A stretch of DNA of 64,000 nucleotides from Scenedesmus sp. PABB004 (GCA_014905635.1 JABVCE010000002.1:2418001-2482000), one strand, 5' to 3'; numbered from the stretch's first letter, positions 36,797 to 54,698 are shown. Notes: a model not told the origin generated them from the letters alone. Numbers and translations: made by a program.

Positions 36797-36798
<2 letters not shown>

Positions 36799-36852
<54 letters not shown>
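36799..36852. repeat. (AG)27 microsatellite
   Basis: Read directly from the sequence. The partner arm has (CT)14 at 40484-40511. Confidence 0.95.
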
Positions 36853-36854
<2 letters not shown>

Positions 36855-36859
36855 AGGCC

Positions 36860-37907
36860 TCACTGCTGCCGCGCGTTGGTGTCGACCGCACGCAGCACGC
36901 CCCCGAAGCCCGCCGCACGCTGGCCGCCCTTGGCCGCCGCCGCCTGCGCCTGGCTGCCGGCGGCCGGCGGGCGCACGCCGCTGCAGCCGCCCCCGGTCGC
37001 AGCCGCCCCCGCTGCGGCGCGCGCCACCTCGCGCACGCTCAGCGCCGTCTCGGCGCGCGCCGCCGGCGCGGCTTGGCCAACGCGCGTCGGCAGCGCGGCC
37101 AGCGCCGCCGCCGCCGCCGCCTGGCTGCCAGCTCCGCGCGGCGGCACGAGGCTGGACAGCAGCTGGCGCGCGCGCGCCGTCTCTGCCTCAATCATCCACG
37201 GCTGAGCCTGCGCCAGGCGCCACGCCTCGTCCTCAGACAGCGTGCCCGGCAGCTGCAGCGGCTGGATGGCGGGCAGGCCCGCCGCAGCGGGGACCGGCGT
37301 CGCCGCCCGCTGCGCGGCTACAGCCGGCTCGGGCGTCAGGGAGCGGCGCGAGGCCGCTGCGGCGGCCGCCGCGAGCTCGCCCGCCGCCTCGCGTTGCTGC
37401 TGCTGCTGCTGCTGGAGCATCAGCAGCTGCGCGCCCCACGCGCCTGCCCCGCCGCGCGCCGGCGGGGCATGCGCCTGGCGCGGGTGGCCCGCGGCCTGCA
37501 GCACCACGCCGGCGTGCGTGGTGCGCGTGAGCGGCGCGTGCAGGCCCTGCATCGTCGGCGGCACGTGCGGGACCCTGCCCCCAGCGCCGTGGGCGTGGCG
37601 GCACCGCCGCCGCCGCCGGGCGTCGCGGCAGCACCATAGGGGCTGAGGCCCATGCCTGCCAGCTGCTGGTGCAGCGCGAGCTGCTGCAGCGCGAGCGTCG
37701 CCGCCGCCGGCGCGGGCTGCTGCTTGGCCCCAACGGGGCTGACCACGAAGCAGGGCACGCACTGGAGCTGCCCACCCGACGCCACCACCGCGCCCGCAGA
37801 CGTCGGCATCAGCGCCCACGCGGGCTGGTGCGGCGCCGTGCCAGCGGCGGCAACGTCCGGCACGGGCGGCGGGGTCGTGCGGCCCTGCGACGGCGGCTGG
37901 CGGGCCG

Positions 37908-37939
<32 letters not shown>

Positions 37940-40051
37940 AGGCGGCGCTGCGCCGCCGCGGGCAGCAGCAGGGAGCTGCCGCAGGACGCCCCAGCGTCGG
38001 CGTTGGCGGCCAGGGCCGGGTCGACGTGCGGCTGGCGCCCGCCCGGCGGCGCAGGGGTCCGCGCCTCGCCGGAGCGGCTCCCGCCAGCCGCGCCGGCTGC
38101 GGGCGAGCCGTCGAGCTCCGCCGCCGCGAGCAGCAGGTCGGCCGAGACCGCCACTGCCAGCGTGTCGGGGCTGGGCGACCTGCCGGGCGCGCCGCGCGCG
38201 CCCGTGGCCCCGGCGCTCGCATCCTGTCCCCCAGCCGCCGCCGCAGCCGCCGCCGCCGCCGCAGCCTCGGCCGCCATGGCGGCCGCGTGCGTGTTGCACC
38301 ACAGCCGCTTGAGCCCCACGCGCCCCGCGGGCGTCACGGTCGCGCCGGCGCCGGCGCCGGCGGGCGGCGCGGCCGCCAGCGGCGCCGCGCTGCCCGCCTC
38401 GGCCGCCGCGGCGTCCGCCAGCGCGGCCAGGGAGCCCTCCGCCGCATCGCGCGGGCTCGCGCTGCCGCTGCCGCCCGGCGCTGCGCCGCCGGAGCCGGGC
38501 GGGCTGCAGGAGGCCCAGCCGCTGCTCGCCTCGCGCTTGCGGCGCAGCTTGGCCGGCAGCGCCGCAGCGCCGCCGCTGGCGCCGGGGCTGCGGCTGTCGG
38601 GGCGGGCGCTCCAGGAGTCGTGCCCGCCCGGCTCGTCGTGGCCGGCCGGGGGCGGCTCGGGGCTGCCCAGTCCCTCCGCGCCCTGGAGCATCGACAGCAG
38701 GCGCGGCAGCGCGCCCATGCCGGGCCGGGGCTCCCCGCGCGCGGCGTCTCCGCCGCCGCCGCGTCGGCGCGCGGCTTGAGCGCGCTGCCCCCGCCGCCCT
38801 GCGCCGGCGTGGCCAGGCAGCCGCTGCCGCTGCTGCGCCGGCTGGCGGGCGGCAGCATGCGCGGCGTAAACTGCGGCCGCGGCAGCGGCGTGCCGCCCAG
38901 CGCGGCCGCCGCCCTGCCCGAGCCGGCGCCGCCGTCGGCGCTGCCGTGCGGCGCGCCGGGCCACGCCCCGCCGCCGCTGCCGCCGGACGTGGCCGCGCCG
39001 CCGGACGGCGCGCCGCAACCCGCCGCCTGGAAGCGCAGCGTCGCATAGGGCGTGGGCGTCGGCACGGGGCTGGGCGTGAACACGTCGGCCAGCACGCCCG
39101 CGGCGCGGGGCGCCGCCGGCGTGGCCGCCGCGCCCCGGCCGGCCTCGTCCGCGAGGCGGGGCGCGCCGGGGCCGGCGGCGCCGGCCGGCGCGGGCGTGGC
39201 GCTGGCGCGGGGCGCGCCGCCGCCGCCCGGCGCGGGCGTGACGCTCGCGCGGGGCCCGCCCAGCGCCGGCGTCGCCACGGCCGGCGTGCACGCGCCGGGG
39301 GGCGCCCGCCGGCGGCGCCTGGGGCGAGTGCTGGCGCTGCGGGTGGGGCGCGGCGCTCGCGCTGCCGCCGGGCTGGTGCTGGCACTCCGCGGGGCGGTGC
39401 TTCTTGGCGGCCAGGCCGGGCGTCGCGAGCGGCGCGTCTGCGGCGCGGCAGCGCGGCGAGCCGTGAGCGAGGCGCGCGGCGGGTCGCGCCGGGCGGGGCG
39501 CGCGCGGGATGGGCGCCGCCCCGGCCCTGCGCCGCGCGCTCGGCGCTCAGCGCACCTGCCGCCGCGCCGCCCTCTTTCCCGCCGCCGTCCTCGGCCTCCT
39601 TGGCGCCGCGCCTGCGCTTCACCGCCGTGCCCTGGCGGATCGGCGGCGCGCGGGGGGCGTTGTTGTGCGGCGCCGCTGCGCGAGCGGCGGCCCGGCCGCG
39701 CCCCGCCCGCCGCCGGCCCCACGCACCTGCTTCTCCCTGGCATCGCCGCTGCCGAGCGCGGAGCCGTCATTCTGGAGCACCCGGGCCACCTGCGCCGCGT
39801 CGGGGGCGTCGGGGGCGGGCGCAGCCGGCCCGTTGTTGAGGCGAGGCCGCGCGCCCCGCTCGCGTCGCTCCGGCCGCACACCGCCGGCCCCGACGCTGCC
39901 CAGGGTTGCCAGGCCGCGGTCTCACGCGCGGCGAGCGCGCCCGCACCTCGGCGAACTGCTCCAGGCCCTTGGGGCCGATGGCGTGCTTTTTCTGCGCGAT
40001 CTTGCTCTCCCACTGCCAAGGCGCCAGGTTCTTGAGATCTCGCAGCGACAT
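36860..40051 (-). CDS. Hypothetical, largely disordered, S/T-P-rich protein ('gene X') inside the inverted repeat, with three apparent homopolymer frameshifts
   Basis: Exons MSLRDLKNLAPWQWESKIAQKKHAIGPKGLEQFAE | VARVLQNDG...EKQ | IRQGTAVKRRRGAK, then a long last exon ending VLRAVDTNARQQ*. Introns are GT-AG. Confidence 0.6.
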
Positions 40052-40345
40052 GGTCCCACCAGTGGCGGCACGGGACCCAGGGGTGCTCAGACGCGGCGCG
40101 TTGTTGCGCCGAGCAGCACGCGCCTTCGGGCTGGGCTGGCGCGCCCGAGTCCGCGCGTGTGGGCACGGCAAGCGGCCTCCAGCAGCGGGCGGCTCGCTGG
40201 CGCCGTGGTGGGGGCCGCACGGGGATCAACGGGGCTGCTCTGAGCGTCGAGGGGTTCAGCTGCGTGACGGCGCTGTTCTCGGCCGAAGACTTCAGGCCCC
40301 GGAGACACAGGCCCAGCCGCAGTCGCTCCAGCTGCAGGTTGAGAA

Positions 40346-41119
40346 GCGGCTGCAGCGGCGTGCGCCCGCCGACCGCCGGCGGCCAGGCGCAGGCGGCGGC
40401 GGCCAAGGGCGGCCAGCGTGCGGCGGGCTTCGGGGGCGTGCTGCGTGCGGTCGACACCAACGCGCGGCAGCAGTGAGGCCTGGCTCTCTCTCTCTCTCTC
40501 TCTCTCTCTCTGGGAGGGGTGCGCAGCGGCTGGCTGGCGCTGGCGGGGCGGCGAGCGTCGCTGGCAGCGACGGGGGCGGTGGCGGCTGGCGGACTGTTCA
40601 GCGGGTGGCGGCGGAGCTCGTGCGGCAGGCAGGGGCACATTGATTGCGTTGGCGCGGGCGGCGGCTGTACAGGCGTGACAACCGGCGGATTGCTGGGTAA
40701 AAGGGTCGTGCGCTCGCGAGCGCACGACCCTGTAAGCCGATCGGCTTACACAAGCGGCGCCCGCCGCCAGTCCGCGCGAGCCGCCTGTACATGCGGTTTG
40801 GGCCGCGGGGTCGGCGCAGCGCAAACGCCTGGCCACACGCCGCCAGGCTCAGCTCGGCGGCCTCACGCGCCCGTGCGTGCGGCCCTGCCAGGGCGTGCCC
40901 GGCCAGCAGCAGCAATTGCTGGCGCCCCGGGCCGGGCGCGCGCAGCACACGCACACTCTCAATCCCCGAGCTGGGCCGCGCCCGGCTGGGCGGCAGCCTT
41001 GTTGTTTTGGTCGTGTACAGCACACCCGCCCGCCACCCACGCTGCCCCTCAGACCACAGCTGTGCCCCGGCAATGACGAGTACAGGATGCCCCCGCGCCC
41101 GCGCCGGCCGCGCTCGGCG
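40346..41119. repeat. Right arm of the inverted duplication, carrying the last ~43 codons, stop codon and 3' UTR of gene X on the + strand
   Basis: Encodes ...SGVRPPTAGGQAQAAAAKGGQRAAGFGGVLRAVDTNARQQ* (TGA at 40476), followed by (CT)n and the TGTAA palindrome. Confidence 0.97.
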
Positions 41120-41486
41120 GCCGTCCCGCGCACTGCGTCACCGCCAGCGCCCAGGCGCTGGCGCTCGCGTGCCTAAACAAACAAACAAGTGCCGCCTGTG
41201 TTTGGCGCGCGCCATGCAGAGACGCCGCCGCCGCGGTACATCGAGGGTGTGTTGAGCCGCGGCGTGTTGTTTTGCTCCGTGCCAAAAACTGCGCGGCGCA
41301 CGGCCGCCACCTGTCCCACCATGAGCCCACATCGAGCGCGAACAGAGGCTAGCAGCGACAGCGAGGCGCACACCGTGCGCCACAAAACGCCACGAGGCGA
41401 CGTGCAAGGCAAACGGACAAGAGATTCCCGGCGCGCGCTGTCTGCGAAAGGCAGGTTGAGCAGCGCGCGCCGGCGCCCACGGCCCC

Positions 41487-43223
41487 TCAGCGGAGCACCG
41501 ACACGTCCAGACCGGGCTTGCCGAGGCGCCGGGCCAGCTGGCGGGCCTCCTCGGCCGCCACGCCGCGGCAGCCCTTGACCACGACGACGCGCACGCGCGG
41601 CGCGCCCGCCAGCGCCGCGACGCCGCCGGCCGTGACGCCGGGGCAGAGCGAGAGCCGCGCCTCGCTCAGCGCGGGGCACGCCGCCGCGACGGCCGCGAGC
41701 CCCGCGTCGCTCAGCTCGGTGCAGCTCCGCAGACAGAGGCTGCGCAGCCCAGCGCCCGCGGACGCGAGCAGCGCCGCGAGCGTGGCGTCGGTGAAGTGGC
41801 TGGCCAGCGCGAGGCGCGCGAGGCGGGGCGGGCGCGCGGCGCCCGCGAGCTGCGCGGGCGTGAAGCCGCTGAAGTGGCTCGCCAGCTCCAGCTCCTCCAG
41901 CGCGGGCAGCGCAAACACGGCGCGCAGCAGCGCGCCGACCGCGTCGGCGCCGCCGCCGCGGTGCACGGCGAGCGAGAGGCTGGTCAGGCCGCCGCCGAGC
42001 GCGGGCAGGGCCGCCGCGAGGGCGGCCGCGTCGCGGTCGCTCGCCGAGAGCGAGAGCCGCGCCAGGCGGCCGCCCAGGCGCGCCGCGCCGGACGGCGTCG
42101 CGACAAACGTGCCACCCGCGGGCACGAGGCTCAGCGCGGCGAGGCGCGGCGCGGCGCCGAGCGCCGCGAGCAGAGCGTCGTCCACGACCGGCGCGACGAG
42201 CGAGAGCGCGCGAAGGCCGCGCGCGCGCGCCAGCGGCGCGAGCGCCGCCGGCGGCAGCGGCGCGTCGGCGACGTAGGAAAAGTGCAGCTCCTCGAGGCCC
42301 CGCAGCTCCGCCGCGAGCGCAAAGGCCTCCCCGGACGCGCCGCAGTGGTTGCCCAGCGTGAGCGCGCGCAGCGCGGTGAGGGCCGGCAGGTGCGCTGCGA
42401 GCGCGCGCGGCGTGACGCCCGCGCCGGGCGACGCCTTGGCGGGCGCGAGGTCCAGGGCGGTCAGCGCCGTCAGGCGCGCGAGCGCCGGCAGGCTCGCGGG
42501 GCAGGCGTGGTCGCCGGCGCCGCCCAGGCGGGAGAGCTGCGGCGCGTGCGCGCTGCGGGCGGCGGCGGCGGCGGCGGCAGCGCGTGGGCGGCGGCGGCGC
42601 GTGCGCAGCGATGGCGCGTGCGCAGCGTCAGGCGCTCACCACAGCACGTCCGCCACCTCCAGCCGGCTGCTGGCCGTCGCGCGCGCGTCCGGCGGCAGCG
42701 TGAGCGCCCGCAGGCGCGGCGCGGCGCGCAGGAGCTCCGCCAGCGCGTCGGGCGTGAGGCCCTCACAGGCGCTGAGGTCGAGCTCCCGCAGCGACGCGAG
42801 CAGGCCCGGCCGGCCGGCCGCGAGCGCGCGCAGCAGCGCGCTCGCGTCGTGCGCGGGGCGGTCGGCGAACGCGAGGCGCCGCAGCGCAGGCAGCGCGAGC
42901 GGCAGAGCGCCCGCCTTGTCGCCGCCGGCGGCGAGGCCGCGCAGGCTGGCGCGCAGGCCGCGCACGCTGCTGTCGACCTGCGGGCGCGGCGCGGCGCGGA
43001 TGGTTAGCGGCGGCGGTGTGGCGGCCGCGGCCGGCCCCCGCCGCTCGCCGCGCACCTCGCGCCGCCAGCGCCTGCAGACTGCGCGTGCCGCGCGCTGGCT
43101 GTCGGGGTGCCCGGCGGCGCCCCGCAGCTGGCGCAGCACGACGCCGCAGAGGTCCTGGTGCGCCAGCAGCGCCGCGAGCGGCGGCGCCGCTGCCGGCTCG
43201 GCGCGGCCTGCGGCGGGGCTCAT
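41487..43223 (-). CDS. F-box/LRR (RNI-like) protein
   Basis: F-box-like segment DLCGVVLRQL...ARAVCRRWR, followed by Cys-containing LRRs (LRELDLSACEGLT, LRSLCLRSCTELSDAGLAAVAAACPAL, LSLCPGVTAGGV). Confidence 0.8.
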
Positions 43224-43643
43224 GCTGCGCTCGAGCGCCGCCGGGACCGAATGACGGGCTGTGGGCGCCGCGCCGCGCCCCAGCGGCTCCGGATGCGCCC
43301 GGCCAGCGAGCACGCCAGCAGCACGTTTCTTGGCCCGGGCGCTCGCTGGCCCGGGCGCTCGCTGGCCTGCGGGCGGCCGGTTTCGAGCGGGGCGAGAACG
43401 CCGGAACGCGACAGTGGAGGGGCGGGCGGGAGGGCGCGTGGGCCATGCTGGCGAGGAGCTCGGTTCTGCTGCCGCGAACCCCGCTGGTGCAACAGACGGC
43501 CTGAGCGCCCAGCACGCGCAGATCGTCGTTTCCCGACCTCGGCGCGCCCTCCGGACGTGCTGCCGAGCGCCGCGCACGCGAGCCGCTGCTGGGCGCGCCG
43601 AGCGTGCCGAGCTGCTGCGCGCGCGTCAGGTGGGGCGTCAAAC

Positions 43644-48764
<5,121 letters not shown>

Positions 48765-49155
48765 TTCACAGGGCTCAGCGCGGCGGCGGCGGCAGGAGGG
48801 CGCGCGCCGGGGCTGCTGCGGCTTCTTCCGCGGCGCGGCCGCGCGGCCGCGTGCGCGCTCGCGATCGGTTGGTCCCTCTCGCGCGCGGCACAAGACGACA
48901 GCGGCGCGGCGGGCGGGCGGGCGGGCGGGCCCCTGCCGCGCCCGGCGGCGGGCGCAGGGGGGGCGATGGGCGCGCGTGCGCGCGCCGCGGCTGGTGGCGG
49001 GCGGCTGGTATTGATTACGTTTTTTTGCCCGGCAACCGGCCTCCGTTCCCGTCGCCCGCCCGCCCGCCCCCGCGCGCGGCGCGTCTCGCAGCGCCCGGCG
49101 CGCCAGCGCCCCCGCCAGCCCCACCTGCCGCCGCCGCGCCGCCGGGCCGCCTCGC

Positions 49156-52100
49156 TCAGGCCCCGGCGCCGCCGCCGCCGGCGCCGGCGGGCGCGAGGCG
49201 CTCGCGCTGCCACACCTCGCGCGGCAGCGGCGCCCAGGGGCTGCGGAAGCCCCAGCAGTCGGGGTCGTGGCACTTTTGCGCAAACACGCCGCCCCCAAAG
49301 TCAAGCACATAGAACACGTGGTTGTGCCGGTGCGACCGGCCGACGTGCGCGCACGCGTGGCTGCCCGGGCCAAGCAGGCTGTACGCGAACGCGCAGTGCG
49401 CCGCATCGGGCGCGCCGCGCCCGCAGAACGCGACCGTGCGCACCTGCGAGCACAGGTGCGGCGCGGCGCGTGGGTGGCGCGGCGCGCGGCCGGCGTCGCG
49501 CGTGACCGGCGTCGCGCGCGAGCGCCGCGCCCGCACCTGCACGGCCGCGCCGCCGGCGCGCTGCGTCGCGATCGCCTCCACAAAGGGGATCGCCGCGAGC
49601 GCCACCTCCTGCACCACGCCCGCGTCCAGACCACCGCACCGCGGCGCGGCGAGCTCGCCGCCGCCGCTCGCTGGCGCCGGCGCCGGCGCCGCCGGCGGCG
49701 CCGGCAGCGCGAGCTGCCCGGGCGGCGGCGGCGCCGCCGCCGCGCCCTGCCCTGCCGCCGCCGCTGGGATGGCGAGGGGGCCCCAGGTCGCTTTCACGGT
49801 GCGGTACGGCCCCGCCGCGCCCGCTGCGCGCGGCGCGGCACGGCGCGGGCGTGGGCGCGCCGCGCGCTGGGGGCGCCGCGCAGCGCCCCGCGCAGCGACC
49901 GCCCGGCCGTCGGCGCGCAGCAGCCCCGGCCTGCGCGCGCACACAAGCCGCCCACCTGGCGCCTCGCTGCCGTACAGGACCGGGCCCGCGCCCGGCCGCT
50001 CCGGGACCTGGACCAGCACCTCCTCATGCTGCTGCTGCGCCGCGGCCCCGCCGCCGCCGCCGCCGCCGCCGCGCTGCCACGCGCCGCCCGCGGCGCCGAG
50101 CCCGGGCGCGGGCGCGGGCGGCTCCAGCTCGAGCAGGCGGCTGGCGGGGTCCACGTTGCAGATGAGGGAGAGCAGGAAGAGCTGCGCCGGCGACACGGGC
50201 AGCTCGTTGCTGCGGCGGCGGACGCGCGGGGCGGCGCAGCGTGCGGCGGGTCGGCGCGCGCAGCGCGGCCGCGGCGGCGGCAGCGGCACGCCCGGCCCGC
50301 GCAGCGGCCCGCGCAGCTGGCCCGCCCCGCGCAGCTCGCCCCGCGCGCGCACTTGGCGGCCGCGCTGAGCGCCCAGCGCCGCGTCGGCGCGAGCACCGCG
50401 CGCTTGCCGCCCTTGCAGCTGCCGAGCAGGCGGAAGTGGCGGTTGCGGCTGTAGACGGCGCCGTCCACAAAGCACACGCGCGCGCCGCTGCCCGGCCGCG
50501 AGCCCGTCGCGCCGCCGCCGCCGGGCTGGCCGGCGCCGGGCTGGCCGGCGTCGGCGGGCTGTGCAGCCGCCGGCGGGGCCTTTTCGAGGTAGAGTTGCTG
50601 CAGCGCGTCGGGCGTGGACGTGACGAGCCGCACGAGCGCGCCGACCTGGCTGTTGTCGGCAAAGGCCAGCCCCGGCAGCCGCACGACCACGTGGCGGCTG
50701 AACTTGTCGGCCGTGCTCGAGTCGAGCTCCAGCACCCACTGCGGCGCGACGCGGCGGCGGGGGGGGGGGGGGGGGGGCGTGGCGGTCAGCGCGGCGGCGG
50801 TCGGCGCGGGGCGGTCCGCGCCGGGCGCGGCGCGGCGGCGGGCCGGGGCCGCGCCGCGGCGGCGCCGCGCGCGCCTGCTTGCGCAGCTTGACGCGCCAGC
50901 GCTCCCAGAGCAGCTGCGCCACGATCGCGAGCAGCACCTTGACCAGCTCCCCGCCATCCACGCCTGCGCGGCGCACACACAGCGTCCGCCGGCGCCGCTC
51001 ACCCTCACGCCCGCGCCTGGCGCCCCGCTCCGCATGCGTCACCCGTGCACGCCGCGCGTCCCAGGCTCAACCCTGGACCCCTTAATGGGGCAAAAACCCT
51101 AGGAAAAACCCCTAAACCCTAAAACCTAAGCCCTAAAACACCCTACCCGGGTTGGCGGCGGTCGCGTACTCCAGGTCAAAGTAGAGGTGGCAGGGGCTGC
51201 CGGCGGTGATGACCTCGTAGAAGTGGCGGCTCGGCCCCGGCGTGTTGCAGTGCCGCAGCCACAGCGCCTGCGCGGCCGCCGCGGCCGCCGCGTCCGCGGC
51301 GCCGCGCGGGGGCGGCGGCGCGGGGGGCGGGGCCTGGGTGGCGGGCGCGCGGGACGAGGGCAGGGCGCGGGAGGGCCGCGGGCGCGGCAGCGGCGCAGGG
51401 CCGCGGTGGCGGCGCGGCCGCACCGAGTATGAGGCGGCGAGGAAGCGGCGCGTGTAGCCGGCGCGGCCGAGGTACTCCTGCGTGAACACGCGCACCCACG
51501 GCGGCCGCGGCGGCGCGCCGCCGCCGCCGCCGCCGCCGCCGCTCGCGGCCGGGCTGCCCCCCGCCTCGGGCGTCGCCGGCGGCGAGGCGCCGCCGGCCGC
51601 GGCCGCGGCCGCGGCCGCAGCGGCCGCCGCGGCCGCTGCGGCCGCGGCGGCCGCGTCGGGCGAGACGCGGCGCGTCAGGCGCGCGCTCTCGGCGAGCGCC
51701 GCGGCGGTGGCGGCGAGCGCCTGCGCGGTCGCGCTGCACACGGGCGTGCCGCCGCGCTGCCCGCCCGGCTGCGCCTGCTCCGCGCCCGGCGCCTGCCCCG
51801 CGCCCGGCGCCTGCTCCGCGCCTTGCGGCGCCTGCCCCGCGTCCGGCGGCGCCTGCTCCGCGTCCGGCGGCGCCTGCTCCTCTGCTGATGCGTGGCGCGC
51901 CATGAACTCGGCGCGGAAGGCCTGGCGCTCCGCAAAGCTCGCGAAGCTGCGCGCCCGGCACGCCTCGACGAGGGCGCCGACCGCGGCGGGCCCCGCGGCG
52001 TTGGCCCACGCCGCAAACGCGACCGCGTCGCGCTGGAAAGGGAACGACTCGCACACGAGCGGGCAGGGCGGGGGGCAGGGGTCGTGGAAACCCAGGTCGG

Positions 52101-52386
52101 CCACCTCCGGCCCCAGCGGCAGCGGGCTCTGCGTCTGCGAGACGCGCACCCCGGGCGTCGCGCCCGCGGCGGCGCGCGCCTCGGCGCCCGCCGCCGCCCC
52201 CGCTGCGCCGGGCGTCGCCGCGGCGGCGCCCGGCGTGGCCGCGCCGTCGGCGCGCGGCGCGGGCGCGGCGCTGCCGGGGCGGCTGTCGACTGGGCCGTCG
52301 GCGCTGCTGCTGCCGCCTGCGGCCAGGAGCTGCGTGAGGTCCATGAGGGCCATGTCGCTGTACGAGCTCAGCCGCGCGGGGCGCGC

Positions 52387-52468
<82 letters not shown>

Positions 52469-54698
52469 GCCAGCGGCGCTTGCCCCGGCGCCGGCGGCTG
52501 CACCGGCTGCGGCTGCTGCGGCTGCTGGGCGTGCTGTTGCTGCACTGCCTGCTGCACCGCCTGCTGCCCCTGCTGCACCGCCTGCTGCCCCTGCTGCACC
52601 GCCTGCTGCCCGTGCTGCGGCCGCTGCGCCGGCTGCTGCGCCGGCTGCTGCCGCTGCCACTGCGGCCGCGGCGCCTGCCGCTGCGCCAAGCGCTGCGCCG
52701 GCATGCGCGCCCGGCTGCTGCAGTGCACCATGTCGCCCTGCAGCTGCTCGGCGTAGAACAGCGCCGCCTCGACCAGGCCCGGGCTCAGCCAGTCCGAGCC
52801 CGCCCCGCTGTCGGCGGCGCTGGTGGCCTGCCGCGGCTGCGTGGCCGCGGGCGCGGCCGGCGCCCCCGCCTCCGCCTCCGCCTCCGCCTCCGCCTCCGCC
52901 TCCGCTGCCGCTGGCGCTGCCACCGCTGCCGGCGCCTCCGCAGCGTCCGCGCCGGCGGCCGGCTCCTCTGCCCCCAGCAGCTGCTGGCGCTGCTCCAGCA
53001 GCAGCTGCTGCTGCCGCAGCTCCTGCAGCGCCAGCGAGCGGCTGGACAGGTGCGGCGCCGAGCCGGTGGCGCACGCGTCGGCAGCCGCGGCAGGGGCGGG
53101 CGTCCCCGTCGCGTGGGCCGGCGCGCCCCTGCCGCCGCCGCCGAGCGGCGTGGCTGCGCTGGCCGGCGCGCCCGAGCTCGCCACGCTCTGCACGCGCCGC
53201 ACGCTGCCGTCTGTGGCCGCTGCGCTGCTGCTGGGCGCCGGGTCGTCGACGCCAGTGACCTCAGCCGCTGCTGCTGCAGCAGGCGCCTCCTCGGCGGGCG
53301 TGTGCTCCGCGCCCGCCGGCGCCGTGGTCACCGCTGTTGCGGACGCATCGGCACCAGGCGAGGCCCTGGAGCCGGGGGCCGGCGGCGCCAGCGCGCCCCG
53401 CCCGCGCCGCCTGCCTCAGGCTCCTCCGCCACCGGCGGCGCGGCCGGCGGCTCGGTGAGCGGCGTGGCGGCGACCATGTCGGGCAGAGATAATGAGCCCA
53501 GCACGACCTCGCCCGCTGTGGCCCCCAGGACGGGCGTGTGCGTGGCGGGCGTGGCCGCCGGCGCGCATGGCGCCGACGGCGGCGCCGCCGCCGCCACGGC
53601 TGCCGGCGGCACGGGCGACGCGCCAGCCGGCAGCTCCGCCAGCGGCGTGGCCGTAACCACCTCGACGCCGCTGCTGGTGCGCAGCCGCGACGCGGCCTTG
53701 CCCGTCGCGGCGCCGGACGCGCGCGGCGGCAGGCGCGGAGCCGGCAGGCCCGGCACCCCGGCCGCGGCCGCGGCGGGCGTGTTGCCGCCGGCCGCGTACG
53801 CTCGCACCAACAGCTGCGGGAGCTGCGGCTCCGGCTGCGAGCGCGGCTCCGGGTCCCGCTCCGGCGCCACAGACAGGTGCGGGGCCTGTGGCGACGACGG
53901 CGGCGGCGCTGGCTGCTGCTGCTGCTGCGGGGCCTGCGGCAGAGGCGGCCCCGCATCCGCCGGCGCCGGCCGCTGCTGCGGCGGCTGGCTGCGGCCGCGC
54001 TGCTCGTCCTCCGACGGCTCGCCATCTGCGCGCCTGCGCTTGCCCGCGGCCTGCACGGGCTGCTGCGGCTGCGGCTGCGGCTGCTGCTGCTGCTGCTGCG
54101 GCGGCTGCGGCTGCTGCTGCACCTGCTGCTGCACCTGCTGCTGCTGCTGCTGCTGCTTGCAGCCAAGCCCCATCATGCGCCGCATGTACGGCAGCAGGCT
54201 GCCGCCCTGGGGGCTGCGCCGCGCCGCCAGCCGCGGCTGGCCGTGCTGCGCCTGCTGCGCCTGCTGCGCCTGCTGCGCCTGCTGCGCCTGCTGCAGCGCC
54301 TGCTCGCCGCCCGGGCGGCGGCGCTTGGCGTGCGGCAGCTGCTCCGGCGTGGGCGAGAGCGAGCCCAGCGCGCCCAGCACGCAGCCGCCAGCGGGCGTCG
54401 CAGCCGGCGCGGGGCTGGGCGCCGCGTGCTGCGCCGGCGCCTGCTGCTCCTGGCTGCCCTGGCTGGACGCCAGCTGGCGCAGGCCGGCGCGCAGCGCCGT
54501 GAGCGCCTGCGGCGCTCGCTGCGGCGCTGCTGCCGCAGCGGGTGGCGCTGCTGCCGCGCTGCCCAGCGCGACCGCGCCGCGCTGAGCCTGCGGGGCCCCC
54601 GCATTCTCAGGCGACGGTTCTGGCCAACCACGGTCGCAGGCAGGCGCCGCCGGCGGCTCGCGGGGCCGCGCGAGCAGCGGCAGCGCGGCGCGCCGCAT
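49156..54698 (-). CDS. PRIMPOL: DNA primase-polymerase PrimPol with a very long low-complexity N-terminal extension (frameshift near 53397)
   Basis: HFYEVI...CHLYFDLEY (DxE), SSTADKFSRH (SxH), FVDGAVYSRNRHFRL, and a UL52-type zinc finger CAHVGRSHRHNHV...QKCHDPDC. Confidence 0.9.
51067..51146. repeat. Degenerate telomere-like (TTTAGGG/TTTTAGGG) repeats in a PrimPol intron
   Basis: AAAACCCTAG, CCCTAAACCCTAAAACCTAAGCCCTAAAA, immediately after the minus-strand donor. Confidence 0.75.
52390..52467 (-). repeat. (CAG)26 polyglutamine tract in the PrimPol N-terminal region
   Basis: Uninterrupted CTG run on the + strand. Confidence 0.9.

Larger units (their letters stand above)
36183..36990. repeat. 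Left arm of the ~0.8 kb inverted duplication (pairs with 40346-41119)
   Basis: Reverse complement of 40346-41119 apart from a few substitutions, small indels and microsatellite length, (AG)27 versus (CT)14. Confidence 0.97.

Noticed and set aside
40159..40476. Independent 105-aa gene ending in the duplicated gene X tail
   Set aside because: It has a GTG start and no recognisable domain, and is explained by the duplication. Expression data would be needed to revive it.
36183..41119. Autonomous TIR DNA transposon
   Set aside because: No transposase motif is present, the arms are host CDS and 3' UTR sequence, and the only candidate TSD is a 4-bp offset CCGT that is expected by chance.
52381..52756. 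Poly-Cys 'metallothionein-like' ORFs on the + strand (also near 5248-5940, 15623-16200 and 54060-54300)
   Set aside because: They are the antisense reading of CAG polyglutamine tracts in minus-strand genes.
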